Positions 25,054-32,000 of a stretch of 32,000 nucleotides of DNA are shown piece by piece. The translations under genes and the position numbers were made by a program. This DNA comes from Ferroglobus placidus DSM 10642 (lineage in GTDB: Archaea; Halobacteriota; Archaeoglobi; Archaeoglobales; Archaeoglobaceae), in contig NC_013849.1 in NCBI RefSeq assembly GCF_000025505.1, forward strand, positions 150,001 through 182,000, written 5' to 3'. Under the pieces are notes generated by a model. That model was not told the origin of the DNA and made no database searches. It saw only the letters and a program-made list of their open reading frames with translations. Position 1 is the stretch's first letter. Each line of letters begins with the position of its first letter.

Positions 25054-25392
25054 GTGAGGGGACTTATAGTTAGAGAACCGTATGCAAGCATGATCGTAAG
25101 AGGAGAGAAAGTCTGGGAGATCAGAAAGCAGAACACGAAAATTAGAGGTAAAATCCTGATAATTTCGAACGGCTACGTCATAGGGGAAGTGGAGATAGTA
25201 GATGTTCTTGGACCTTTCACTCCAGAAGAGCTTGCGAAGTTTGAGGAATTGCACAGGGTTAGCGAAGAAGATTTGAAAGAGTACTCCCAGGGTAAAAAAC
25301 TCTACGCGTGGGTTTTGAAAAATCCGAGGGAGTACGGGGAGAAGAAGAAAGTCGAGGTTCCGAAAGGGGCTCAGGTTTGGGTGAAGTTATGA
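25054..25392 (+). CDS. ASCH-domain (PUA-like fold) protein
   Basis: 112-aa ORF. The N-terminus LIVREPYASMIVRGEKVWEIRK matches the ASCH pattern (x-I/V-x-x-P-[WY]-A-x-x-I-x-x-G-x-K-x-x-E-x-R), and the size is typical of stand-alone ASCH proteins. Confidence 0.7.
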   Translation: MRGLIVREPYASMIVRGEKVWEIRKQNTKIRGKILIISNGYVIGEVEIVDVLGPFTPEELAKFEELHRVSEEDLKEYSQGKKLYAWVLKNPREYGEKKKVEVPKGAQVWVKL

Positions 25393-25446
25393 TCAGAAAA
25401 CCCAGCCATCATCATCGAATCAGCAAAGGGGTATATCATCATCAAA
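25390..25446 (-). ncRNA. C/D box sRNA (2'-O-methylation guide)
   Basis: The minus strand reads G-AUGAUGA (C box, 25442-25436), UAUACCCCUUUG (12 nt), CUGA (D' box, 25423-25420), UUCG, AUGAUGA (C' box, 25415-25409), UGGCUGGGUUUU (12 nt) and CUGA (D box, 25396-25393). The box order is perfect and both spacers are the canonical archaeal 12 nt. Confidence 0.85.
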
Positions 25447-25465
25447 AAAGTTGCTTGGGTGGTGG

Positions 25466-25480
25466 AAATAAAAAAATTAT
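25466..25480 (-). promoter_or_regulatory. A/T-rich TATA-like box upstream of the C/D sRNA
   Basis: The minus strand reads ATAATTTTTTTATTT and ends 22 nt upstream of the G that precedes the C box. This spacing fits an archaeal TATA-to-TSS distance that would start the sRNA just 5' of the C box. Confidence 0.45.
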
Positions 25481-25496
25481 CAATGTAGTGTCGCAA

Positions 25497-25790
25497 TCAT
25501 TCTACTTTAATCTCAAAAGTTTCCTCTTTTTTGAAAGGTACAGTAATTCTCAGAACTCCGTTTTCAAATTTTGCTTTGGCTTTGTCCGGGAACACTTCGT
25601 GGGCTAATGTAAAACAGCCAAAATATGTGATGTCTCTGTTCTCATCCCTTGCTTCAACGCAAAAGCCGCTCTTTGTAAAACTTAATCTAATGGTTTCCTT
25701 TTCCGCTCCTGGAAGAAATACATCTATCAGCAAGTTTTCATCCTTTTCATCATGGCTTACAAATACATCAGGACATACCACAGTTGCCAA
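25497..25790 (-). CDS. Small Hsp20/alpha-crystallin-domain protein
   Basis: LLIDVFLPGAEKETIRLSF...FENGVLRITVPFK matches the alpha-crystallin domain pattern (dlPG..ke.i.v...nGvL.i..pK). A TTG start at 25790 follows a strong GGAGGTGG Shine-Dalgarno sequence. Confidence 0.7.
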   Translation of the reverse strand: MATVVCPDVFVSHDEKDENLLIDVFLPGAEKETIRLSFTKSGFCVEARDENRDITYFGCFTLAHEVFPDKAKAKFENGVLRITVPFKKEETFEIKVE

Positions 25791-25914
25791 AATTCCACCT
25801 CCCTCAACTCTTCATCTCAAAGCTCACACATCAATACATATGTGAAATAAATTCATTATAAATTTTTCGATTTTGTAGATTATTATAATTAAACTATAAA
25901 AATTTATATTTAAT

Positions 25915-26325
25915 CTATAGATATCCATATTTTTCGTCTTGAATATAAACCAGCATCAGAAGTTCCCTTAACAGTTCATGGTGTTTCCATTCCTCACTAA
26001 GGAGGTGAAAGAGAATCTTACCGATTTCACCCTTTACTTTAAGGAGAACTTTATTTGCTATTTCTATCGCCTCCATTTCCATTTTTTCGTGAACCGAAAG
26101 CAAATCGGCAAGGGCTTTTACATCCTCTTTACCGATTTTCCTATCACCAGCATTCATAACGAATTCAAGAATTCTTAAATGCTTATTGGAGTCCATTTTG
26201 ATCTCAGTCAAAACCATTTTTATAAAATCATTATTAGACTTTTCAATTATCTTATCTGCATTATCAATAATTCTCTTCTCAATTTCAATCCATTTCCTCA
26301 CCAATTCTTCTAATTCTTCGTTCAC
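25915..26325 (-). CDS. Helical-bundle protein, possibly ferritin-like/rubrerythrin-like
   Basis: 136-aa all-helical ORF with E/H-rich pairs (TEIKMDSNKH, HEKMEMEAIE, SEEWKHHELL) spaced like di-metal four-helix-bundle ligands. The functional call is weak. Confidence 0.4.
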   Translation of the reverse strand: MNEELEELVRKWIEIEKRIIDNADKIIEKSNNDFIKMVLTEIKMDSNKHLRILEFVMNAGDRKIGKEDVKALADLLSVHEKMEMEAIEIANKVLLKVKGEIGKILFHLLSEEWKHHELLRELLMLVYIQDEKYGYL

Positions 26326-26513
26326 ATTACAACACCTCGCGTATTTCGCGTTAATTATTACTAATTAATCAACAAAAAATTAAAAACTTTCGCAGGATAA
26401 AACATAATTCGAACTAATTTTTAATCTAATTAAAACCAGTAAGTTGACAAAGGGTTAAATAAATTTAAGATAAAATCGTGAACAATTGCAGAGGAAGAAA
26501 AGGAGGGTAAAGA

Positions 26514-26633
26514 ATGGCTATGAGGTGCGGAGTTTGCGGGTTTAGGTGGGAAGGAGAGGAGGAGATGGAACCCATAGAAACTTGTCCAAAGTGCGGTGCA
26601 CCTCTGGAGAAAGAGGAGGGCTACCAGCATTAA
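26514..26633 (+). CDS. 39-aa zinc-ribbon protein (not in the ORF track)
   Basis: The ATG lies 6 nt after AGGAGGG. The translation is MAMRCGVCGFRWEGEEEMEPIETCPKCGAPLEKEEGYQH, with CxxC...CxxC spaced 16 residues apart. Confidence 0.55.
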   Translation: MAMRCGVCGFRWEGEEEMEPIETCPKCGAPLEKEEGYQH

Positions 26634-26638
26634 ACAAT

Positions 26639-26902
26639 CTATCCCCCAGCAGCAGAAATCATTATTTTCTCTCTAATCTTCCTGTGGACTTTCTCATTGC
26701 AAATAATCACAACCTCCGTTCTCGGAATTAAGAAATAAGGTTCCTTTTCCCTCAAACAAACGAAAACTTCTGGATTTTCGCAAATAATCGCATCACCGAT
26801 AACTTCTACCGAAGAAGAGAGTTCGGAAAGTATCCTCTCAAAGATTTCCTTCACTCTGTCCTTAGAAAATCCGAGAAGATGTACAAATATTTGCACAGCC
26901 AT
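26639..26902 (-). CDS. Hypothetical small protein (87 aa)
   Basis: This is the only sizeable ORF in this interval, and it is divergent from the aIF5A gene. I recognise no motif. Confidence 0.35.
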   Translation of the reverse strand: MAVQIFVHLLGFSKDRVKEIFERILSELSSSVEVIGDAIICENPEVFVCLREKEPYFLIPRTEVVIICNEKVHRKIREKIMISAAGG

Positions 26903-26979
26903 AGTTTTTTCTGGAAGATTTTAGGGTTTCGCTTAAGGAATAAAAAAATTTAAATTGCCTGAAAACATCGCCGATAGAG

Positions 26980-27363
26980 ATGAAGGAGCAAGTCGAAGTA
27001 AGGCAGCTTAGGGAAGGAGGATACATAGTAATTGATGATGAACCTTGCGAAATCGTCAGCATTTCCGTAAGCAAGCCGGGAAAGCACGGAGCAGCTAAGG
27101 CGAGAATAGATGCGATAGGAATTTTCGACGGGCAAAAAAGAAGCATTGTACAGCCGGTTACAGCGAAAGTTTACGTGCCTATCGTTGAAAGGAAAAGAGC
27201 TCAAGTGATAAACGTAACAAATAACATAGCTCAGCTAATGGACCTCGAAACCTACGAAACTTTCGAAATAGAAGTGCCAGAGAGTCTGAAAGAGAAAGTT
27301 AAACCTGGAGAAGAGGTAATTTACATCGAATCCCTCGGAAAAAGAAAAATTGCAGAAAAATAA
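26980..27363 (+). CDS. eif5a: Translation initiation factor 5A (aIF5A)
   Basis: SKPGKHGAAKARI contains the hypusine-site lysine motif. The size of 127 aa and the C-terminal OB-like region fit aIF5A. Confidence 0.95.
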   Translation: MKEQVEVRQLREGGYIVIDDEPCEIVSISVSKPGKHGAAKARIDAIGIFDGQKRSIVQPVTAKVYVPIVERKRAQVINVTNNIAQLMDLETYETFEIEVPESLKEKVKPGEEVIYIESLGKRKIAEK

Positions 27364-27364
27364 T

Positions 27365-28195
27365 ATGCACATCGATTCTTTTTTCGCCACAGCAAACGCG
27401 TCTATCGAGGAGGCTGACTACGTAATCTTCGGCATTCCCTACGACGCCACACAATCCTTTAAACCGGGTTCGAGATTTGCACCGAATGCGATAAGAGAGG
27501 CAAGCTGGAATCTCGAAAGCTATTCCCTCTTTTTCGATTTTCAGCTCGATTTTGCTAAAATAGCTGACTACGGAAACGTAAACTGCGATGGAAGCTTTGA
27601 GGAAATCTCGGAAAGAGTTTCGAGGCTCATGGAAAACATTAGAGGAATCCCCATCGCTTTGGGAGGAGAGCATACTATTAGCTACATGGTGGCGAGAAAC
27701 CTCAAAGACTTCTGCTACGTCGTTTTGGATGCCCACTTCGACTTAAGAGATGGCTTCGATTCCAATCCATTCAACCACGCCTGCACCTCAAGGAGAATTT
27801 ACGAACTTGCTGGTGAGGTCGTTCAGGTTGGAGTTAGGAGTGGAACTAAGGAGGAGAGGGAGTTCGCGGAAGAGAACGGGATAGAGGTCTTCTACTCATG
27901 GGAAATTATGGAGTACGGAGTTGAAGAAGTTCTCGAGATTCTCGAAGCTTACGATTCAATTTACCTCTCCATCGACGTCGACGTTTTCGATCCCGCCTAC
28001 GCTCCCGGTGTTTCCACTCCAGAACCCTTCGGTTTGAAGCCTATAGATGCTCTAAAAATAATAGACGAAGTTTCGGACAGAGTTGTAGGTTTTGATGTGG
28101 TAGAAGTAATTCCCGACTCAAACAAAATTACCCAAACACTGGCAGCGAAGCTTGTGAATGAATTTATAGCTGCTAACGCCTCGCTAAGGTTCTGA
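27365..28195 (+). CDS. speB: Agmatinase (ureohydrolase family)
   Basis: The ORF has the arginase-family metal-binding motifs GGEHTIS, LDAHFDLRD and SIDVDVFDPAYAPGVSTPEP. The ATG at 27365 follows the aIF5A stop codon by 1 nt. Confidence 0.9.
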   Translation: MHIDSFFATANASIEEADYVIFGIPYDATQSFKPGSRFAPNAIREASWNLESYSLFFDFQLDFAKIADYGNVNCDGSFEEISERVSRLMENIRGIPIALGGEHTISYMVARNLKDFCYVVLDAHFDLRDGFDSNPFNHACTSRRIYELAGEVVQVGVRSGTKEEREFAEENGIEVFYSWEIMEYGVEEVLEILEAYDSIYLSIDVDVFDPAYAPGVSTPEPFGLKPIDALKIIDEVSDRVVGFDVVEVIPDSNKITQTLAAKLVNEFIAANASLRF

Positions 28196-29360
28196 CGAAT
28201 TCGTAGGACTTTCTTACTTCTTTTAAATTTCTCAGGATTATCGGAACGGCAATAGCGATGTATAAAAAGCTCAGGAATAGTCTCATCTCAACGCTCTGGT
28301 AAACGAATTGAAGCAAAAAGAGGGAAAGTAGAAGCGCCGCTTCGTATAAGTGCAGTCTGAGATCGATTATTATCGCAACTCCGAGCAAAGATTGTGCTGC
28401 TGTGAGAAGAACCTCCTCTCTCTGCCTCGCGTCGAGCGGTAAATCTGACGGATGAGCTAAAGCTATGCTGTAAACTACAGCAAGGCAGCCGATGAGGAGA
28501 GTCCACTGGTTAACCTTCGAAGATACGAGAGCGTTGATTCCGGCTGTGACTCTAAGCTTTCTAACGAGATACATAGCCACGATAAACTCCGGAGATTCGC
28601 TTGCAAGAGGAGCTATCCACTGAACCATCAGAAACTCGTCTATGCCAAAATTTTCAGCTGTTTTTATCAAACCCTCCGCAAAAGCTTCCACGCTTATGAA
28701 AATTATGAGGGCGGCGTACAGCATTAAAATAACTACCGAAACTCTCCTCTTCTTCACTGGAAGTTTGCAAAAGTAAGCTGGAACACCAGCAGGCTCAAAC
28801 TCTTCCCTCGGAGCCTTTAACGCAAGCTTAACGTAAAGAGCGTAAAGAAAAATTAAAACGACGGAGTCTATGAGAGAAATTTCCCCCCTCAAGGGAATTA
28901 GAAAGCAGTAAAGAGAGGCTATTAAAAGCACGAAAAATTCGAGCCTTATTCCTTCGTCCAATTCCACCTCTTTTTTTCTCGTTTTTAGCATTGCAACGAA
29001 AGCAACCAAACTCCAGCCAACACCAAGAAGAAGCCTGTTAGCTCCGGTCATGTTTGCTGCGGCATAATGAATGTAGTCGCCTCCCACCCTCCCAGCCATC
29101 CAAGCGAAGTACATATCCACCGCATATTCTGGCAGAACGGCAAGCAAAGCTACGACCGCCAAGCTTAAAGATCTCGGTACATCCATTTCAGCCGTTTCAG
29201 CAGCCCAAGAAAGGAGAAAAGCTGCACCTACAACAGCCATTCCAGCTATAAAAGCTTCAAAAGGCGGAGAATATTTAATCCCGACAAAAAATGAAATTAG
29301 CCAAGGAAAGGTCGTGAAAACCGCTAAAGCCACAAAAACTTTTTCTTTCAAATAACGCAT
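28173..29360 (-). CDS. CaCA-family (sodium/calcium exchanger-type) cation antiporter membrane protein
   Basis: 395-aa polytopic membrane ORF with two alpha-repeat-like motifs (LSWAAETAE and PLASESPEFIV) in the N- and C-terminal halves. Confidence 0.55.
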   Translation of the reverse strand: MRYLKEKVFVALAVFTTFPWLISFFVGIKYSPPFEAFIAGMAVVGAAFLLSWAAETAEMDVPRSLSLAVVALLAVLPEYAVDMYFAWMAGRVGGDYIHYAAANMTGANRLLLGVGWSLVAFVAMLKTRKKEVELDEGIRLEFFVLLIASLYCFLIPLRGEISLIDSVVLIFLYALYVKLALKAPREEFEPAGVPAYFCKLPVKKRRVSVVILMLYAALIIFISVEAFAEGLIKTAENFGIDEFLMVQWIAPLASESPEFIVAMYLVRKLRVTAGINALVSSKVNQWTLLIGCLAVVYSIALAHPSDLPLDARQREEVLLTAAQSLLGVAIIIDLRLHLYEAALLLSLFLLQFVYQSVEMRLFLSFLYIAIAVPIILRNLKEVRKSYEFVRTLARR

Positions 29361-29433
29361 GAAATTTGAAGGATACGCTGTCTTTTAAATTTTACCCGAA
29401 CATTTTTATCTTTATTATTCAAAAGCTTTTACC

Positions 29434-30243
29434 GTGAGGAGATACAAATTTCCCAGAGGAATGCGCCCTTCCTTGCTTGAAGAAAGAGAGGAATTCTACA
29501 AGAACGAATTCGATCTTAAACTTTGCGAAGAGTGGCTGAGCTGGAGAGACATAATGAATACAGCTTTTGCTGTTATAGTTGGTAGGCATACGGACATATA
29601 TCCTCCCGAATACGAGAGAGTGAAGAAGAAAGCCTTGATAATAGACGAGCATTCCGGAATGAAAGACGTGCTTGAGTACATTCTCCAGTACCTTCCAGAG
29701 GGGGTTTACTATGACAGAAACGTTTACAAGGACTTGAAGAAATGCGTGAGCTGTCCCAAAGCTTACAAAGACTGCTGGGACTGCGAAAACTTTCTCGGGC
29801 AAGAGCTGGCTTTCGATGTCGATCCGGAAAACATCCCCTGCCCTTACCACGGAACAGTAAAGGAGAAGATGGAAAGGCATCAGGGTTTGAGCTTCTGCAT
29901 GATAGAATTCAGAAAAGCGAGAAAGTACGCTTGGAGAATCTACGAGGACATGAAGGAGGAATTTAAGGAGGTTAGAATGGTCTATTCCGGAAGGGGATTT
30001 CACGTCCACGTAATCGACGAAAAAGCGATGAGAATGAGTAAAAAAGAAAGGGAGGAGCTCGCTAAAGTGTATTCCTCCTACGGCATAGACGAGTGGGTAA
30101 CGAATGGCGAGATGAGGCTTATAAGACTTCCCTACTCGCTGAACGGATTAGTTTCGAGGGTTTGCATTCCGCTAAGCGAAGAAGATAGAAGGTTCGATCC
30201 GAGGTATGACGAACGGGCTATTCCGAAATTTCTTAAAAAATAA
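29434..30243 (+). CDS. priS: Archaeo-eukaryotic primase (AEP) small-subunit (PriS)-like protein, compact form
   Basis: The AEP motifs are ELAFDVDPEN (DxD), YSGRGFHVHV (sGrGxH) and RLIRLPYSLN. The N-terminal EEREEFY and C-terminal AIPKF are collinear with Pyrococcus PriS as I recall it. The start may instead be the ATG at 29461. Confidence 0.7.
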   Translation: MRRYKFPRGMRPSLLEEREEFYKNEFDLKLCEEWLSWRDIMNTAFAVIVGRHTDIYPPEYERVKKKALIIDEHSGMKDVLEYILQYLPEGVYYDRNVYKDLKKCVSCPKAYKDCWDCENFLGQELAFDVDPENIPCPYHGTVKEKMERHQGLSFCMIEFRKARKYAWRIYEDMKEEFKEVRMVYSGRGFHVHVIDEKAMRMSKKEREELAKVYSSYGIDEWVTNGEMRLIRLPYSLNGLVSRVCIPLSEEDRRFDPRYDERAIPKFLKK

Positions 30244-30248
30244 TTTTG

Positions 30249-30356
30249 TTATTCCTTTTTAGCTTTTTCTTCCTCACCGTAGTAGTAAAGCTTCTTTTTC
30301 TCGGCTTTTTCCTCCTCACCGTAGTAATACATCTTCTTCTTTTCTTCTTCTGCCAT
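30249..30356 (-). CDS. 35-aa tandem-repeat Tyr/Glu/Lys-rich peptide (not in the ORF track)
   Basis: The translation is MAEEEKKKMYYYGEEEKAEKKKLYYYGEEEKAKKE. The underlying DNA direct repeat is TCCTCACCGTAGTA(G/A)TA at about 30272 and about 30313. An A/T box (TAATAAA) lies 22 nt upstream of the ATG. Confidence 0.4.
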   Translation of the reverse strand: MAEEEKKKMYYYGEEEKAEKKKLYYYGEEEKAKKE

Positions 30357-30553
30357 GAAACTTAGTTTTTCACAAAAGTTTATTACGTTTTCGTTGTATC
30401 TATCGTCCTTGCGGTAACTCCACTCTCAACACGGACTCACGATCGTTATTAGATTGTTCTTTCATGAATTTTCCTTCTTTTTCGAATAATTTACCGAAAA
30501 CACTTAAATAGTAAAAATTTTAGAAAATTAAAAATTGCAATTTGGTGGTTAAA

Positions 30554-32000
30554 GTGAAAATCTCAAGAATTTCTGTCTTTTTGGTATTTGCTGTTCTAAC
30601 CCTTAGCAGCGTTGCAAACGCAAAATACGACCCTCCCGGTCCTCCAGCTGTTGAGGTGAGAGTGTGGCTCGTCAACTTCACACCCTTGGAGAACTTCGAC
30701 GACGGAGCTAACGGCAAATCTGACATCCTTTTTGAAGGCTCAGCAGACGTTAAAAAGGGAGGAAAGTCGTACAAGTTATACTTCGAGTACGATTACGATT
30801 CCGTCAGTGGAGCGATCGTTCCAAAAAATAGTAAGGGAAAGGAAGTTATGTACTTGCTCTACAGCGAGAGGGAGTGCTGGCCAGTTAATCTCGAAGTAGA
30901 GGTAAAAGCTACTGATGTGGACAGCCCTCCGATAGACCCCAACGACTTCTTGGGGAGTGCGAAGTTTAAAGTCGACCCCCAGCTGAAAAAGGAACACTAC
31001 AGCATAACAATACCGGGGAAGTTCCTCGTGAACGTTTACGTTGAAGCCGTACCCGTTAGAGATGATGCCGATAAGTGCTCTTACTTCTTCGACCAGCCCG
31101 AAACGATGTCGAGCAGCATCGTGACGAAGAGCGGAACGAACATCTACGACTTTGAGCTTGCTAACATGCTGGACATGTGGATCGGTGAGAAAGGTTACGC
31201 AAATATGCTTGTCGTATTCCAGCAGTGCTTTGGTGGGGGAATGGCTGACGACATTCTCGACAAGCTCGATGGAGATATAGCGATTCTCTCTGCCTCCAAA
31301 CACGACGAACCAGCATACGGGTACAAAAATGCGGAGAGCATGGAGAAACAGAAGACTAACCCCTATACGAGAGAAGTCCTAAAAGGGTTGAAAGAAGATA
31401 AAAAAGCGGAAGATGTCGGTAAAAGTGCGGAAAAGAAAGACGAATTCAGCGCTTATGGAGCTAAGAGGTACTACGAAGGAGCGACTTCCGTCAGGAAAAA
31501 TGTCGAACATCCCCAGTACGTTTCCAAAGGAAAAGGTAACGCCATATCCCTTGGAAAGAGAGCGGATGGGAGTGAAGTTAAGAGTAAGCACGCGATTGTA
31601 TTTGGAGGAAACAACAACAAAATGAGACACTGGAAAAACATAGAGGAGTTCGTTGGACTACTACTCAAAAGCAAAGGATTCTCGGATGAGGACATTGTTG
31701 TTCTGGCTGATTCTGGAAAGAATAGTGGAAAAGCGTACGTTGACGGTCCCGGAACGAAGCAGGCTTTGTGGAACGCTATAAAAGATTTATCTGCTAAAAT
31801 GAACAAGGATGAGCAGCTCGTGATCTACGTGACAGATCACGGAAACCTCGAAACTGCGGATAAAGCTGTGAGGAAAGTTATAAACGATCCCGTAAGGCAG
31901 CCGATTCCTCCGAGAAATAACGAGCTGAAGGATGGAGCGCTCTGGCTTCTCAACGAAAGCTTTCTCAATCTGCTAAACATTACTGACGACAACGATCCTT
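30554..32000 (+). CDS. Secreted protein with a C2-like beta-sandwich and legumain-like (peptidase C13 / clan CD) segments, 3'-truncated by the window end
   Basis: My own translation is open from the GTG at 30554 (GGTGG lies 5 nt upstream) to the window end, more than 482 codons. The ORF has a signal peptide (KISRISVFLVFAVLTLSSVANA). YANMLVVFQQCFGGGM resembles the legumain Cys motif. HAIVFGGNNNKMRHW...DEDIVVLADS...LVIYVTDHGN resembles the legumain N-terminal/His half. Confidence 0.7.
   Translation, partial: MKISRISVFLVFAVLTLSSVANAKYDPPGPPAVEVRVWLVNFTPLENFDDGANGKSDILFEGSADVKKGGKSYKLYFEYDYDSVSGAIVPKNSKGKEVMYLLYSERECWPVNLEVEVKATDVDSPPIDPNDFLGSAKFKVDPQLKKEHYSITIPGKFLVNVYVEAVPVRDDADKCSYFFDQPETMSSSIVTKSGTNIYDFELANMLDMWIGEKGYANMLVVFQQCFGGGMADDILDKLDGDIAILSASKHDEPAYGYKNAESMEKQKTNPYTREVLKGLKEDKKAEDVGKSAEKKDEFSAYGAKRYYEGATSVRKNVEHPQYVSKGKGNAISLGKRADGSEVKSKHAIVFGGNNNKMRHWKNIEEFVGLLLKSKGFSDEDIVVLADSGKNSGKAYVDGPGTKQALWNAIKDLSAKMNKDEQLVIYVTDHGNLETADKAVRKVINDPVRQPIPPRNNELKDGALWLLNESFLNLLNITDDNDP

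Noticed and set aside
25308-25607. 99-aa plus-strand ORF spanning the ASCH 3' end, the sRNA and the Hsp20 3' end.
   Set aside because: It overlaps three better-supported features, and its sequence is low-complexity.
30520-31806. Four minus-strand track ORFs (30520-30774, 30776-31303, 31379-31630, 31471-31806).
   Set aside because: They are antisense to an uninterrupted plus-strand frame of more than 482 codons that has a signal peptide and peptidase-like motifs, so they are shadows.

Overview
The gene content indicates a compact archaeal chromosome segment, probably from a hyperthermophilic euryarchaeon resembling Archaeoglobus. Supporting markers are aIF5A, archaeal-type SufBC, an AmmeMemoRadiSam radical SAM enzyme, a DUF104/PIN toxin-antitoxin pair, a PriS-like primase and a C/D box sRNA. 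I did not compute overall G+C. About 40 tightly packed genes sit on both strands, many with overlapping stop and start codons. Housekeeping genes include a ychF-like NTPase, serS, sufC and sufB/D, rpiA, surE, argG, aIF5A and speB. Two accessory patches interrupt them. The first (about 4.6-10.3 kb) holds an AT-richer lambda-crystallin/L-carnitine-dehydrogenase-like gene abutting an IS1-family element, a small wHTH regulator, a 781-aa lipoprotein with thrombospondin-type-3 repeats and a C2-like module, and a tyrosine integrase. The second (about 20.9-26.9 kb) holds VapBC, a Yip1 membrane protein, a DUF1724 regulator, a GNAT-ABC ATPase fusion divergent from an ASCH protein, an Hsp20-like protein and a ferritin-like protein. 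Four features are missing from the supplied ORF track: a canonical C/D box sRNA (25393-25443, minus strand), a 39-aa zinc-ribbon ORF, a 35-aa tandem-repeat YYYGEEEK peptide ORF, and a long open-ended ORF (30554 to the window end) for a secreted legumain-like protein. My best candidate for an undescribed system is the back-to-back GNAT-ABC ATPase / ASCH pair with the C/D sRNA lying antisense to the ASCH 3' flank. This is a hypothesis from architecture only. All protein family calls come from reading motifs by eye, and no database search was run.
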